The position numbers and the translations under genes were made by a program. This document shows positions 8,967 to 18,913 of a DNA stretch of 53,524 nt, piece by piece (position 1 is the first letter of the stretch; each line of letters begins with the position of its first letter). The notes beneath the pieces were generated by a model. That model saw only the letters and a program-made list of their open reading frames with translations, had not been told where the DNA came from and did not search any database. The DNA comes from a virus (lineage: Duplodnaviria; Caudoviricetes): positions 1-53,524 of the IMG/VR virus record IMGVR_UViG_3300013016_000004. One strand, 5' to 3'.

Positions 8967-10480
8967 TATTTCGGCCTGACATAAAACCTCCAATGTGGGG
9001 GCCTCCGGATGCTGTGCAGTTTGCTGTGCGGCATAATGCGGAGCGGATGGGGATTGATCTGGGGAAAAGCAGATTATTGATGCCCCTTTGGGAGGGGGGT
9101 GGTTTCCCTGTTGACCTATCTTCAAGAGCGAATCACTTGCAGGGAGCGGGTGTTGGGTGGACTCTTGGAGGGGTATCACCAAGTAATCTATATATCCCGA
9201 ATGAGTCGGTAGTTTCACTGAATGCAGATTTCACTATAATTTGCATAGCTGACATCAACAGTTTGCCAACAGCAAACCATAACATATTTGGTAGTGCAAA
9301 AGATATCAATACTGGATGGACTTTGTTTGTTGACAACGACGACTATGGTGCAAAATACACCAACATACTAGCGTTTGACAGAGGCACAACCCATACAGAC
9401 AGTGGGAGGCCACTTTCTCCTAATAATTCCATAAAAACAGGGAACGACATACTACTGGCAGCTGCCTATAGACATGTAGGCACCACTGCGGATATGTATG
9501 TGGGTGACAACTATAGTCTTGACGGCTTTGATAATGTTGGTGTTCAGTCAGGTGATGGGAAAACCTATATAGGGCCGACAGCATCAGGATTCACAGCAAA
9601 TGCCTTCCCTGGAGTCATAAAGTTTATTGCTGTAGTACAGGAATACTTGTATACTGATGTTATCCTACAGTTCAACCACGAACCCTACGCCCTACTCATG
9701 CCCGTTGCACGCCCGTTTATTTTCGATATGGCGGGGGGAATCTTTGCAATCGACAGTGTATTGCAATCACAGGGCGTGACGGCACCGGCAGTTAATCAAA
9801 AGATTAGCGTCACAATCAGCAGCGTCACACAATCTCAGAGCGTTGACACTCAGACGGCATCACAGATGCACACCGTTAGCCCTGCTAACGTCACACAATC
9901 TCAAAGCGTTGATGCCCAGACGGTAACTCAACTTGTCACACTGTCGCTTGCTGACGTATCGCAGTCACAGACGGTAGAAGCGCCAACCGTTGCACAGACC
10001 CACGGCATGACAACCGACAGTGTATCGCAGGGGCAGACGGCAACGACGCTCACAGCAGCACAGCTACACGAAATAATCACGGCAAACGTCGGACAATCGC
10101 AGACGCTAAACAGCGTCACAGTAACAATCACCGGCGCCCTCGTTATTCACAGCGTCATGCAGTCGCAGAGCGCAGGGAGTGTTTCGCTCGATCAGCTTAT
10201 TGCTCTTGCGGTTGATAGCGTACTACAAGGCCAGACGATAGACGAGCCTTCTTTAGCAACTATCAACCTTATCAACATTGACGACGTTTCGCAGTCGCAA
10301 AGCCTCGGCACTGTGTCTTTGTCGCAGGTCTCCGCGCTGATAATCGACGCAATCAACCAAGGACAGCAGATTGAAAACGTCACCTTTTCTATAGCAAAGG
10401 GCCGCGTCACGGTAACAATCGAGGCCCGCAGCCCGGGAGTTAATTTCAATGCAAGAAAACCAGGAATCACCTTCAATTAA
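8963..10480 (+). CDS. Virion-surface protein: LamG/ConA-like lectin domain plus ~19-aa Gln/Ser/Thr repeat stalk
   Basis: N-terminal LLMPLWEG.G, DFTII, F.G.I motifs; C-terminal repeated (D/S)SV.QSQ.V....(V/L).Q units. Confidence 0.55.
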   Translation: MIFRPDIKPPMWGPPDAVQFAVRHNAERMGIDLGKSRLLMPLWEGGGFPVDLSSRANHLQGAGVGWTLGGVSPSNLYIPNESVVSLNADFTIICIADINSLPTANHNIFGSAKDINTGWTLFVDNDDYGAKYTNILAFDRGTTHTDSGRPLSPNNSIKTGNDILLAAAYRHVGTTADMYVGDNYSLDGFDNVGVQSGDGKTYIGPTASGFTANAFPGVIKFIAVVQEYLYTDVILQFNHEPYALLMPVARPFIFDMAGGIFAIDSVLQSQGVTAPAVNQKISVTISSVTQSQSVDTQTASQMHTVSPANVTQSQSVDAQTVTQLVTLSLADVSQSQTVEAPTVAQTHGMTTDSVSQGQTATTLTAAQLHEIITANVGQSQTLNSVTVTITGALVIHSVMQSQSAGSVSLDQLIALAVDSVLQGQTIDEPSLATINLINIDDVSQSQSLGTVSLSQVSALIIDAINQGQQIENVTFSIAKGRVTVTIEARSPGVNFNARKPGITFN

Positions 10481-10542
10481 GATCCACATTGACGACGTGT
10501 ACCAGGAACTTAACGTAACTACCAGCACGGAGGAAAAAGACG

Positions 10543-10905
10543 ATGGCGAAAAGTGTACCTGCTGCAATCATGGATGCTCTGCTTGATGCGATTGCCGCAT
10601 CTACCCTGCAAACTGTCACGAGCGACGTAACAACGCCGGTAGACCTGACCGGCGCACTCGCTGATGTTGCCATGGCCCCTGCCGACTTCACCAAGGCGGT
10701 TGGCGATGCTGGCGCAGGGAGTCGCAAATTGACGATGGCGGCTAAGTCCGGCGTACTCGTTGACGCGAGCGGAACGCCCAATCACGTTGTGCTCTCAACT
10801 GCCGGGACGATCAACCTTGTGACTACCGCCAGCGGACCAGATCTCACCATAGGATCGAGCGTGGACATGCCGACGTGGAAATATGAACTCGGAGTGCCCG
10901 CGTGA
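10543..10905 (+). CDS. Small virion structural protein
   Basis: GGAGG RBS; GSRKLT.AAKSG...ASGT.NHV motif. Confidence 0.55.
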   Translation: MAKSVPAAIMDALLDAIAASTLQTVTSDVTTPVDLTGALADVAMAPADFTKAVGDAGAGSRKLTMAAKSGVLVDASGTPNHVVLSTAGTINLVTTASGPDLTIGSSVDMPTWKYELGVPA

Positions 10906-11210
10906 TTACGCCAAAGTTCAACCAAGGTGGCACGGGTGTTCTCGATGTTTCATTCCACGACGAAAACGGCACGCCCATTGTTCCCAATAGCGTCACATGG
11001 TCGCTGTATGCGCGCGGGCGGATTGTCAATGAGCGCGAAGAGGTTTCAATCGCTGCGCAGCAAAGCGTTGAAATTGTTTTGTCCGGCGACGACCTGGTTG
11101 GCGGGTGGCAGTGGCTAGAGGTCAAGGCCCGGTATGATTCGTCTGCCGGGTCCGATCTCCCACTGGTTGAGTGGCAGAAAATATCCGTCGAAGAAAGGCC
11201 CGAAAGTTGA
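10902..11210 (+). CDS. Hypothetical protein (BppU-like Ig-fold)
   Basis: VSF.DENG.P..P.SVTWSL pattern; GTGA overlap. Confidence 0.45.
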   Translation: MITPKFNQGGTGVLDVSFHDENGTPIVPNSVTWSLYARGRIVNEREEVSIAAQQSVEIVLSGDDLVGGWQWLEVKARYDSSAGSDLPLVEWQKISVEERPES

Positions 11211-12748
11211 GAATCCACCTCGAAGCCTTTAAGGGGATTGCCCCACGCATTGAGCCGCATCGTCTGGCCGACAACGCGGCACAACAGGCGCAGAACTGCC
11301 TTCTTGATTCGGGCAGCATCCGCCCACTCAAAGACGCCTCGTTTGTAGCCAGCCCCACAAAGGCCGGAACAATCAAGAGCTTGTTCAAGTACGGCGAGTT
11401 CTGGTTCAACTGGATCAACGACGTTTCATGCCTGCGCTCACCGACCAACGACACCGAAGACATGGTGGTTTTCACCGGGGAAGGTGTGCCGAAGCTCACC
11501 TACGCCTCCATTGCGACAGCGGGTGGCGACTATCCAAGCGCAAGCTATGAACTCGGCACGCCAATCCCCACGACCGCGCCGGCCGCAACGGTCGCGGGCG
11601 CCGCATCAGGGGACGACCCAACCGACCGCACCTATTTTGTCACCTTTATCTGCACTTACGCAGGCTTGCAGTTTGAGGGCGCACCCTCTGATCCGAGCAA
11701 CCGCGTCACGGTCAACCCTGGGCAGAGCGTCAACGTCACGCTGCCCTCAACGCCTGCCGGCAACTACATTTTCACGCACAAGGTGATCTACCGCACCGTT
11801 GGCGACACCATCCGGCGCATGGCGACCGTGGCCCACACCGCTACCGATTGGACCGACACCTACGAAACAGGCGATTTAGGCGTCGATCTGGTCACGGACA
11901 ACTGGTATCCGCCGCCCGACGATTTGACCGGCCTGGTCTCTCTGCCCGGAGGTGTTATGGCGGGCATTTCCGGCAAACAGGTCTGCTTCAGCGTACCGTA
12001 TCAGCCGCACGCATGGCCTCCCGACTGGCGAAGGATTGCCCGCGACACGCCGGTTGCCCTTGGCGCGTTTGGCAACACGTTGGTTGTTCTGACTGACGGA
12101 CAACCCGAAGTGGGCGTTGGAACGTCTGACCCGGAAAATCTTTTTCTTGAGCGGGTCGAGATGGATCAGGCGTGTATCGCCCCGCGCGCCGTGGTCGATC
12201 TGGGCTATGTCGTGGCGTTTCCCTCCCCTGACGGGCTTTTTCTGGTCGGCCAGGGCGTAACGCGCAACGCCACAGAACAGATATTTCGCAAGGAGCAGTG
12301 GCAACCGCCCGTCTTTGGCGCGGCGCACGATGAGAAATACTTCGGCTTTCGAGAAAGTGGCGGCTTTATCTTTGACCCGCGCACCGGAGACTGGACCGAG
12401 CACGACATTACCGCCACCGCCGCATGGCGCGACCCTGGCACGGATATGCTCTACGTTGCGACCTCTGACGGAATTATGCAGTGGGAAGGCGGCAGCGCCA
12501 AAACATTCGTCTGGAAATCCAAACTGTTTCGCGTACCGCCGGGGAGCTTCGCCTCGATCCGCGTGGAAGGTGGGCCGGTCACGGTCACTCACTATCAAAA
12601 CGGGATTGAATCGTTCTCCGCAAGTATTCAGGACGAGGTATTAAGGCTTCCTTCAGGCGAGATGGCGCGCAAGCACGAAATCAAACTTGAAGGAAACACA
12701 ACGGTCGATGCCGTCACCATCGGCAGTTCTGTCATGGAGGTCCGCTAG
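11207..12748 (+). CDS. Tail nozzle / stabilisation-like protein
   Basis: F.G.APR..P..L....AQ.A.N N-terminus, FS.PY.PHAWP and WKSK.F motifs; TTGA overlap start. Confidence 0.65.
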   Translation: MRIHLEAFKGIAPRIEPHRLADNAAQQAQNCLLDSGSIRPLKDASFVASPTKAGTIKSLFKYGEFWFNWINDVSCLRSPTNDTEDMVVFTGEGVPKLTYASIATAGGDYPSASYELGTPIPTTAPAATVAGAASGDDPTDRTYFVTFICTYAGLQFEGAPSDPSNRVTVNPGQSVNVTLPSTPAGNYIFTHKVIYRTVGDTIRRMATVAHTATDWTDTYETGDLGVDLVTDNWYPPPDDLTGLVSLPGGVMAGISGKQVCFSVPYQPHAWPPDWRRIARDTPVALGAFGNTLVVLTDGQPEVGVGTSDPENLFLERVEMDQACIAPRAVVDLGYVVAFPSPDGLFLVGQGVTRNATEQIFRKEQWQPPVFGAAHDEKYFGFRESGGFIFDPRTGDWTEHDITATAAWRDPGTDMLYVATSDGIMQWEGGSAKTFVWKSKLFRVPPGSFASIRVEGGPVTVTHYQNGIESFSASIQDEVLRLPSGEMARKHEIKLEGNTTVDAVTIGSSVMEVR

Positions 12749-14860
12749 ATGGCGAAAGTTCAGCGCCCCAGCGCCAGCCCAAGCCTCAACGAGTTGGCAA
12801 AAATCATAAACCAGCTGCGTGTAGCGTTAGACGGTGTTTCGCGCGTTGTGGAGAAAACCAACTCGTCTGTGGTCTCCCTTGAAGAAACGGTTGGAACCGG
12901 CGAAACAGTCTGGAACCCGCCCCCCGCACCGGTTAATCTTGTCGTCTCGGGAGCGTTTAATACCATCTTTTTGACATGGGCCGGGGCTGAGTTTGCCGGG
13001 TATTCGCACACCGAGATTTACCGGGCCGATACGGACAACCTCTCGGAAGCGGTTTTGGTTGGCACCTCCTACCCCACGGTTTATTCCGATACGCCGCCCA
13101 ACTCGTCACTGTCAAAGACTTATTACTACTGGATCAGGTTTGCCAACCGCAACGACCCGCCGACCTTCGGGCCGTTTAACGCCGCTGCCGGAACGCCGGG
13201 CAGTACCGCAGACGATCCAACCTATCTGCTTGAGCTTCTTTTCGAGCGGCTTGGCTATGAGCAGTTCGATTCGGCCTCCGGGGTTTTCCCGGTGCGCGTG
13301 GTTGATGTGCTGCCGGCTCTTCCTGACGTCAAGTGGCCTGAAGGTAGTGCCGCTTACCTGACCACAGACGGAAAACTGTATCGCACGGACGGCACGACCT
13401 GGGATGCAGGCGTTTCCACTGAAGACATTGTGGGCAAGCTCACCGCAGGGCAGATTGCGGCCGGCGCGATTGTCGCGGAGCATATCGGCACAAACGAAGT
13501 CATTGCCAACAGCGCAAACATTAAAGACGGCGTGATCGTCAATGCCAAGATTGCCAACCTTGCGGTGGATAACGCCAAAATCTCCGATCTCTCCGTGGCT
13601 AAATTGCTTGCCGGGGTGATCTCTGCCGCAGGGATCTATCTCGGGGCAGACTCAAGGGTTCACCTCGACGGCCAGAACCAGCGCATTGATGTGCGCGATA
13701 CCAACAACACACTGCGCGTGCGCCTCGGCAATCTCGGCACCGGCTGGGGGCTTGAGATTTACAACTCTGCCGGGCAGACAATTTTAAACTCTGGCGGTGT
13801 GCCCTACAGCGCAGTGGATGGCGGCCCATCTGCCGATGCTGATAACACAGATAGATATCTCGATACAGTCAATCCTAATATGCTCAAGAATCCGGACGCG
13901 GCACTGGGTCATAGTTTTTGGAGCAACACACATAATGCTGGGTTTTACACTAACCCTTATACGGGACAGCGCCACTGGTTTATGACCGCTAGCGTGGCGA
14001 CAACGAAAAGCTATGATTCAGATCTTATTCCCGCAAGGGAAAATGCTACATACACTTTGAGCGCAGAAATGCTTGTGGGGGGGCTTACTCAGGGTGGGTG
14101 GTACTGTGACACCCTTTATTTCGACTCGAATAAAAATCTTATAGGGGAGGGGCCACAGGTCGGGCTAACTTCAGACAGTGAATGGACACGTCTTGCAGCT
14201 TCTGGAATCTCACCGGCAGGAACGGCATATATAATGGTCCGGTTCTTTCTCGGCAATGCAGTAACCCCAAATGCGTCAATCCGTAAAATCAAGCTGGAAG
14301 GTGGCTCAATTGCAACCCGCTTCGTGGGGGAAGAGAATGGGGTTGACTTTACCAGCGCCCAAGCCGGAGCCTTCGCCTACACCAATATTATCGACCCGTC
14401 AAACCGTGCCGACCGCTTGGCGCTCAAGGTGATTGGTGGGGCGTTTATTGATGATATGGCGGTGGATACGCTGCATATTCAAAATAATGCAGTCACAGTT
14501 CCTGTAAGTGCTTTTACTGGTGATATTATTAATGTAGGTACATCAGAAACTACAGTGCAATCTGTTTCAATCAACAGTGAGGGGCAGCCAGTAATAATAA
14601 CCGCAAGTTATATTCAAAAAGCTGGCGGATCTAGTGGAGCTATTGGAGGGTATGTTTATTTATACAGGGGCAGTACATTAATTTATACTTCTATTTCGAT
14701 TGGTGGTTTTTCTGGTTATGAATTTTATGAAGCAATGAATTCATTCACAATTAAAGATAACCCTGTTGGCGCTACAACGTATTATTTAAAAATAAAAGGA
14801 ATAGACAGAGTACAGTATATTTCTAAAATTTGTTTAACAGCGTTAGGAGTAATGAGATAG
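12749..14860 (+). CDS. Tail fibre / host-specificity protein
   Basis: Fn3-like segment (YYYWIRF), I..AKI..L repeats, RVRLG.L motif, carbohydrate-binding-like NMLKNPD..IKLE.G..AT domain, AT-rich C-terminus. Confidence 0.75.
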   Translation: MAKVQRPSASPSLNELAKIINQLRVALDGVSRVVEKTNSSVVSLEETVGTGETVWNPPPAPVNLVVSGAFNTIFLTWAGAEFAGYSHTEIYRADTDNLSEAVLVGTSYPTVYSDTPPNSSLSKTYYYWIRFANRNDPPTFGPFNAAAGTPGSTADDPTYLLELLFERLGYEQFDSASGVFPVRVVDVLPALPDVKWPEGSAAYLTTDGKLYRTDGTTWDAGVSTEDIVGKLTAGQIAAGAIVAEHIGTNEVIANSANIKDGVIVNAKIANLAVDNAKISDLSVAKLLAGVISAAGIYLGADSRVHLDGQNQRIDVRDTNNTLRVRLGNLGTGWGLEIYNSAGQTILNSGGVPYSAVDGGPSADADNTDRYLDTVNPNMLKNPDAALGHSFWSNTHNAGFYTNPYTGQRHWFMTASVATTKSYDSDLIPARENATYTLSAEMLVGGLTQGGWYCDTLYFDSNKNLIGEGPQVGLTSDSEWTRLAASGISPAGTAYIMVRFFLGNAVTPNASIRKIKLEGGSIATRFVGEENGVDFTSAQAGAFAYTNIIDPSNRADRLALKVIGGAFIDDMAVDTLHIQNNAVTVPVSAFTGDIINVGTSETTVQSVSINSEGQPVIITASYIQKAGGSSGAIGGYVYLYRGSTLIYTSISIGGFSGYEFYEAMNSFTIKDNPVGATTYYLKIKGIDRVQYISKICLTALGVMR

Positions 14861-15276
14861 TGATATCTTTAATAGTTTATCAAAACAATATTGAAAGTAA
14901 CGCAAGAAGAATATTACGTAATGTGGATTGTCCTGAATTTTTAGTTGATTCTCAGATAAATAATAATGAGGACTGGATGCTTGGACAAGCCGATGATCTT
15001 ACAAAATACATAGAAATTAATTTAAAAGGGGTTCCGTCAATCACTTCGCGCCCCGAAATGCAACTGACAGCCGACAAGAACGAAATTTCGGCAGATTCAG
15101 CAGACGCTGCGACGATCAGTGGTGTTCCCGAAGGCGCAACTGTTACAAGCGGCGAAGATTCAATGACTATCGAGGATGGCGTTCTTGAGTTCGTCACTGA
15201 CAAGCGGGGCGAGCATGTCTTGAAATTTGAATGCTTCCCGTATATCAACACGGAGGTTGTTATCAATGCGGTTTGA
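14860..15276 (+). CDS. Putative tail fibre-associated protein
   Basis: Coupled to fibre gene; ISGVPEGATV..FPY motif. Confidence 0.55.
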   Translation: MISLIVYQNNIESNARRILRNVDCPEFLVDSQINNNEDWMLGQADDLTKYIEINLKGVPSITSRPEMQLTADKNEISADSADAATISGVPEGATVTSGEDSMTIEDGVLEFVTDKRGEHVLKFECFPYINTEVVINAV

Positions 15277-15691
15277 AAAGATACGCCCGATTGATGACGT
15301 CAGGCGTGAAGTGCGCGACAAACTTCGGCGCGACTTTGACGCGATATGTGAAGGGAGATCGCCCACAAATGGCAAGCCGATCATTGTCGAGTGCGAAGTT
15401 AACGGCACGGTCTATGTCATGAACGCCGGCGAAAAATCCGCAACGCGCATGGATGCAGGAGTCAGAACAGCGCAGGCGCTTGGCGAACTTCACATGATGG
15501 TACGAGATGCTTTTGACGTGGATCACTCCCCGGTGCCGGTTGAAGAGGCCGCAAGCATCCGCAACCAGCAGGCGTCGGACGCACGGCGCTACTGGCTCAG
15601 AAAGTCAGAGATTGTGAGGCAGATCGAGGCGGCAGAGACCGTTAAGGCCCTGCGCGAAATTGACACCAATTTTTACGAGGTGACTCTATGA
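15266..15691 (+). CDS. Putative tail fibre assembly protein (DUF4376-like)
   Basis: GGAGG RBS; C-terminal QIEAAETV.AL.EI motif. Confidence 0.55.
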   Translation: MRFEKIRPIDDVRREVRDKLRRDFDAICEGRSPTNGKPIIVECEVNGTVYVMNAGEKSATRMDAGVRTAQALGELHMMVRDAFDVDHSPVPVEEAASIRNQQASDARRYWLRKSEIVRQIEAAETVKALREIDTNFYEVTL

Positions 15692-15942
15692 ACAAGCCGA
15701 TTGACCAGCGGGCATGGTTTTTAAAAGCCCTTGACGCCCTGAGCCAGTTTGCCAACGTGTGGATTCTGCGCGGGGAGCCCAACGAATGTATCTCCGGCCG
15801 GCAGTGGCGTGAACAGCGGCTGTGGGCGGTCAAATTCATTGACGCGCTTTTCTTCTGGGACAAAGACCACTGCCAGGGTGCGTGGAAGAAGGATAACCGC
15901 TGGGCGGCGCTGAGACTTCGCAACCTCGGGCAACAGCGGTAA
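15688..15942 (+). CDS. Hypothetical phage protein
   Basis: LSQ..N....G.PNE.ISGR and IDALFFW.KDHC motifs, common after fibre genes. Confidence 0.65.
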   Translation: MNKPIDQRAWFLKALDALSQFANVWILRGEPNECISGRQWREQRLWAVKFIDALFFWDKDHCQGAWKKDNRWAALRLRNLGQQR

Positions 15943-15979
15943 GTTTTTGGTCTTTTGCCTGCCGGTGGTATCATGAACC

Positions 15980-16363
15980 ATGCTTAAACCCTACGACATA
16001 CGCCAGAAGTACGATGAAATCCTGCCGCACCTTCTCTATATCCGGGAGCGGTTTAACACCTCATGGCGGCCTGAAGATGTTTATCACGCCTGTCGCAGCG
16101 GTAAATCTCATCTGTGGTTTGCGCCCGATGCCTTTGCCATCGTTGAGCGCTACGAGGATGAGCACAGCGCAGAAGCCGTTTTGTTCGTGTGGATCTCTCA
16201 CGGCGAGGGGATGGCTCAGAATAAATACATGGCGCAGCTTGAAGAGATTGCGCGCGGCGTCGGTGCCAGCCGAATCGAGATGGAGTCTCCGCGCCGGGGG
16301 TTCGAGCGCACCGGCTGGACCGCAAAAAAGATCACCTATTCACGCGAGGTAAGAAATGAGTAG
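15980..16363 (+). CDS. GNAT-like protein preceding the ejection genes
   Basis: LFVWI..G, E.IAR..G..RI...S.R.G...GW motif. Confidence 0.55.
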   Translation: MLKPYDIRQKYDEILPHLLYIRERFNTSWRPEDVYHACRSGKSHLWFAPDAFAIVERYEDEHSAEAVLFVWISHGEGMAQNKYMAQLEEIARGVGASRIEMESPRRGFERTGWTAKKITYSREVRNE

Positions 16364-16943
16364 CAAGCCAAGTAAGCCCAAAGCCACGCCGGAAGAAAAG
16401 GCCATGCGTGAAGAAGCCTCCCGCATGTGGACCGATGTTAAAGAGCGGTTCTGGCCGATAGATGAAAAGCTCACGCAGCGCTCAATGGATGTCTCACGCG
16501 GGCGCGTCTCACGCGAAGAGTCGGCAATGGGGGCTATACCTACCGCATTTAACCCGATGGCACCGGGCGTGGGGCAAAACTTAGGCGCAGCCAACAGCAT
16601 GGCTTCTCGCATTGCGGGCTTGAGGAACAACGAGCAGGACAGGCTTCAGGGCGGCACACTCAACACACTTTCGATCGGGCGCGAGATTAAAGGCTCAGCC
16701 CTGCGAGACACCAGCGCCGCAGCTGGTCTTGCCACCAACGATATGCTTTCTCGCTACAACGCAAAGCAGGCGGTCAACAGCGGCATTCGCCAGGGCGTTG
16801 CACAGATAGGCTCAACCGCTGCAACCGCTGCTATGATGGGGGGTGGTGCGGCCCCCATAGGCTTGCAGCAGGCGACCCCCTACCAGTATCAGGGCGGGCC
16901 GGTGATGGAAGGGGCGTACATGACACGCCCTAACGGGAGGTAG
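16356..16943 (+). CDS. Putative internal virion (ejection) protein
   Basis: Ala/Gly/Gln-rich helical protein; position. Confidence 0.55.
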   Translation: MSSKPSKPKATPEEKAMREEASRMWTDVKERFWPIDEKLTQRSMDVSRGRVSREESAMGAIPTAFNPMAPGVGQNLGAANSMASRIAGLRNNEQDRLQGGTLNTLSIGREIKGSALRDTSAAAGLATNDMLSRYNAKQAVNSGIRQGVAQIGSTAATAAMMGGGAAPIGLQQATPYQYQGGPVMEGAYMTRPNGR

Positions 16944-16946
16944 GCA

Positions 16947-17459
16947 ATGGCACTTGACGCGCTGACCATTTCGCGGGAGAAATTCGACCGCTTCAACGAG
17001 TTCTATCGCCCGATTGAAAATGAGTATATGGCGGGGCTGTTCGACCCGCAACGCCGTGAGCAACAGGTGGGCGAGGCGGTGGACGTAACCCGCAGCGCGT
17101 TCGATCAGCAAGCGCGGGCGCAAAACCAGACGATGGCGCGCTACGGACAGCCGCAGGGTGATATTTCTGACTTCATGCAGCGCAGACGCCGCATTGAGCA
17201 GGCACTAGCTGAGACCTCCAACGCCAACCGCGCGCGCGGGCTCTCAGACGACCGCGACCTGATGGGCGCACAGCAAATCTCCGCAATGGCGCGCGGTCTT
17301 TCCGGGCAAGTCTCAAGTGCCGCAAACCAGGCAGGACAGATGCAGTCGGCGCGCAACAATGCTTATGACCAGGCCAAGGCCCAATACAAGTCTGACATGA
17401 TGGGCATGGGCGGGCAAATGCTTGGCCTTGGGACCGCTGCCGCAATGATGCTTATTTAA
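16947..17459 (+). CDS. Putative internal virion (ejection) protein
   Basis: Helical, hydrophobic Gly-rich C-terminus. Confidence 0.55.
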   Translation: MALDALTISREKFDRFNEFYRPIENEYMAGLFDPQRREQQVGEAVDVTRSAFDQQARAQNQTMARYGQPQGDISDFMQRRRRIEQALAETSNANRARGLSDDRDLMGAQQISAMARGLSGQVSSAANQAGQMQSARNNAYDQAKAQYKSDMMGMGGQMLGLGTAAAMMLI

Positions 17460-17471
17460 CGCGAGGACGAT

Positions 17472-18899
17472 ATGCCACGATACGGAACGCTAGGACTTGT
17501 GCAAGGAATCAACTCTGGTATCAACCAGGGCTTGAATATCGCGCGCTTCAAGCAGGGGCAGCAGCAGTACCAGGACCAGCTTGAACGCCAGCGCCAGCTT
17601 GACCAGATGCGCCAGGAACAGTTCGGGATGCAAAAGACTCAGTTCGGGGCCGACCAGCAGTGGAAGGGTGAGAGCCGCGACCGGCAACGTGAACTGTGGG
17701 AGCGCGACGCCAAAGACTACGAAACCAAGGAGCGTGGCCGCGCATTCTTTTCAATGGGAAATCCGCAGAACCCTGAGACGTTCATGCAAAACCCGCAAGT
17801 GGTTGAATTTCTCAACCAGGACCCGGAGTTTGACAATCTCTTTGGTCCCGGTCGGCAGCTAAGCGGCTTTGTTCCCTTGGAGAAAGACGAGGACGGCAAC
17901 CAGCTTTACGCCGCGCGCCTGCGGGTGCAGGGCGAAGACGGGCAGGAGTATGAAGCGCCCCTGACTCAGAACCGCACCAACGACCCCAACGACGAAGCCC
18001 TTGTCTTCACCGGGCAAGATCTTCTCAATATCGCCGCTTCGCGCTACGGCGTGACCGACCCGGCGGATCTGTTGCAGGAAAACCGCTCACGCGACCGCGC
18101 ACAGTGGGATGACAAACGCGCAATGAGCCGTGCTGAGACCGACGCCGAACGCGCCCTGGGCCTCTACCGCGACAAGCGCGAGATTGACCAGGACTTTGAG
18201 CGGCAAAAACTTGCCATGCAGCCTGCTCCCGATTCCGCTCCGCAGGGAATTGACAAGGAGGATTACGCGCAGTTCAACGACATGATTAAGGGCTCGTTCT
18301 CTTCGGTGCTGCTTGAGAACATGCCTCCCGAATACCGCGATACTCTAGCTGTGACCGGCAAGACACCCAGCTTTGAAGACCTGATTGCCTATGCGCCGCC
18401 GGAGACTGTGGCCGACTTCCAGGCGGCCAACCGCTACGGTGAACAGTTGATGGCCCGAGGGGTTCCGGCTAAAACCGCCGCTGAAGCCTCCATGCGCTAC
18501 CTCGATAAGCTCAACGTCGCGCGCGGACTCTCTCAACTGCCCCCGGACAACCCGCAGGCGGTCGCGGATGTGCGCGAGACCCTATCAAGAATGCCCGAAG
18601 AAGAACGCGCCGAATATCTCTCTATGATGCCCAAAGAGTGGCAAGACGCCATTTCCGGCAGGGGCAGAAAGCCTATCGGTATGCAGTCGGCACACAGCGC
18701 AAACGATTCCGTGGTGGTGCCACGCAATCAGCCCCAAGAGCAAAGACCGCAACCGTCCGGTGTGCCTCAATATCAAGAACCCGTGGTTCACCGGGCTGGC
18801 CTTCCCTCCCTGCCCTGGTCAACGCCCGACCATGACCAGCAGCGCGAACTTGCTTTGCAGCGCGACCGCGAAAACCGCCGCCGTCTCGGACTCCAATAA
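17472..18899 (+). CDS. Putative internal virion (ejection) protein
   Basis: G..QG...G N-terminus, APLT.NRT.DPND motif. Confidence 0.55.
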   Translation: MPRYGTLGLVQGINSGINQGLNIARFKQGQQQYQDQLERQRQLDQMRQEQFGMQKTQFGADQQWKGESRDRQRELWERDAKDYETKERGRAFFSMGNPQNPETFMQNPQVVEFLNQDPEFDNLFGPGRQLSGFVPLEKDEDGNQLYAARLRVQGEDGQEYEAPLTQNRTNDPNDEALVFTGQDLLNIAASRYGVTDPADLLQENRSRDRAQWDDKRAMSRAETDAERALGLYRDKREIDQDFERQKLAMQPAPDSAPQGIDKEDYAQFNDMIKGSFSSVLLENMPPEYRDTLAVTGKTPSFEDLIAYAPPETVADFQAANRYGEQLMARGVPAKTAAEASMRYLDKLNVARGLSQLPPDNPQAVADVRETLSRMPEEERAEYLSMMPKEWQDAISGRGRKPIGMQSAHSANDSVVVPRNQPQEQRPQPSGVPQYQEPVVHRAGLPSLPWSTPDHDQQRELALQRDRENRRRLGLQ

Positions 18900-18913
18900 A
18901 ATAAAGAGGTGCC

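Noticed and set aside
12749-15276. Diversity-generating retroelement acting on the tail fibre
   Set aside because: No reverse transcriptase and no template/variable repeat pair seen
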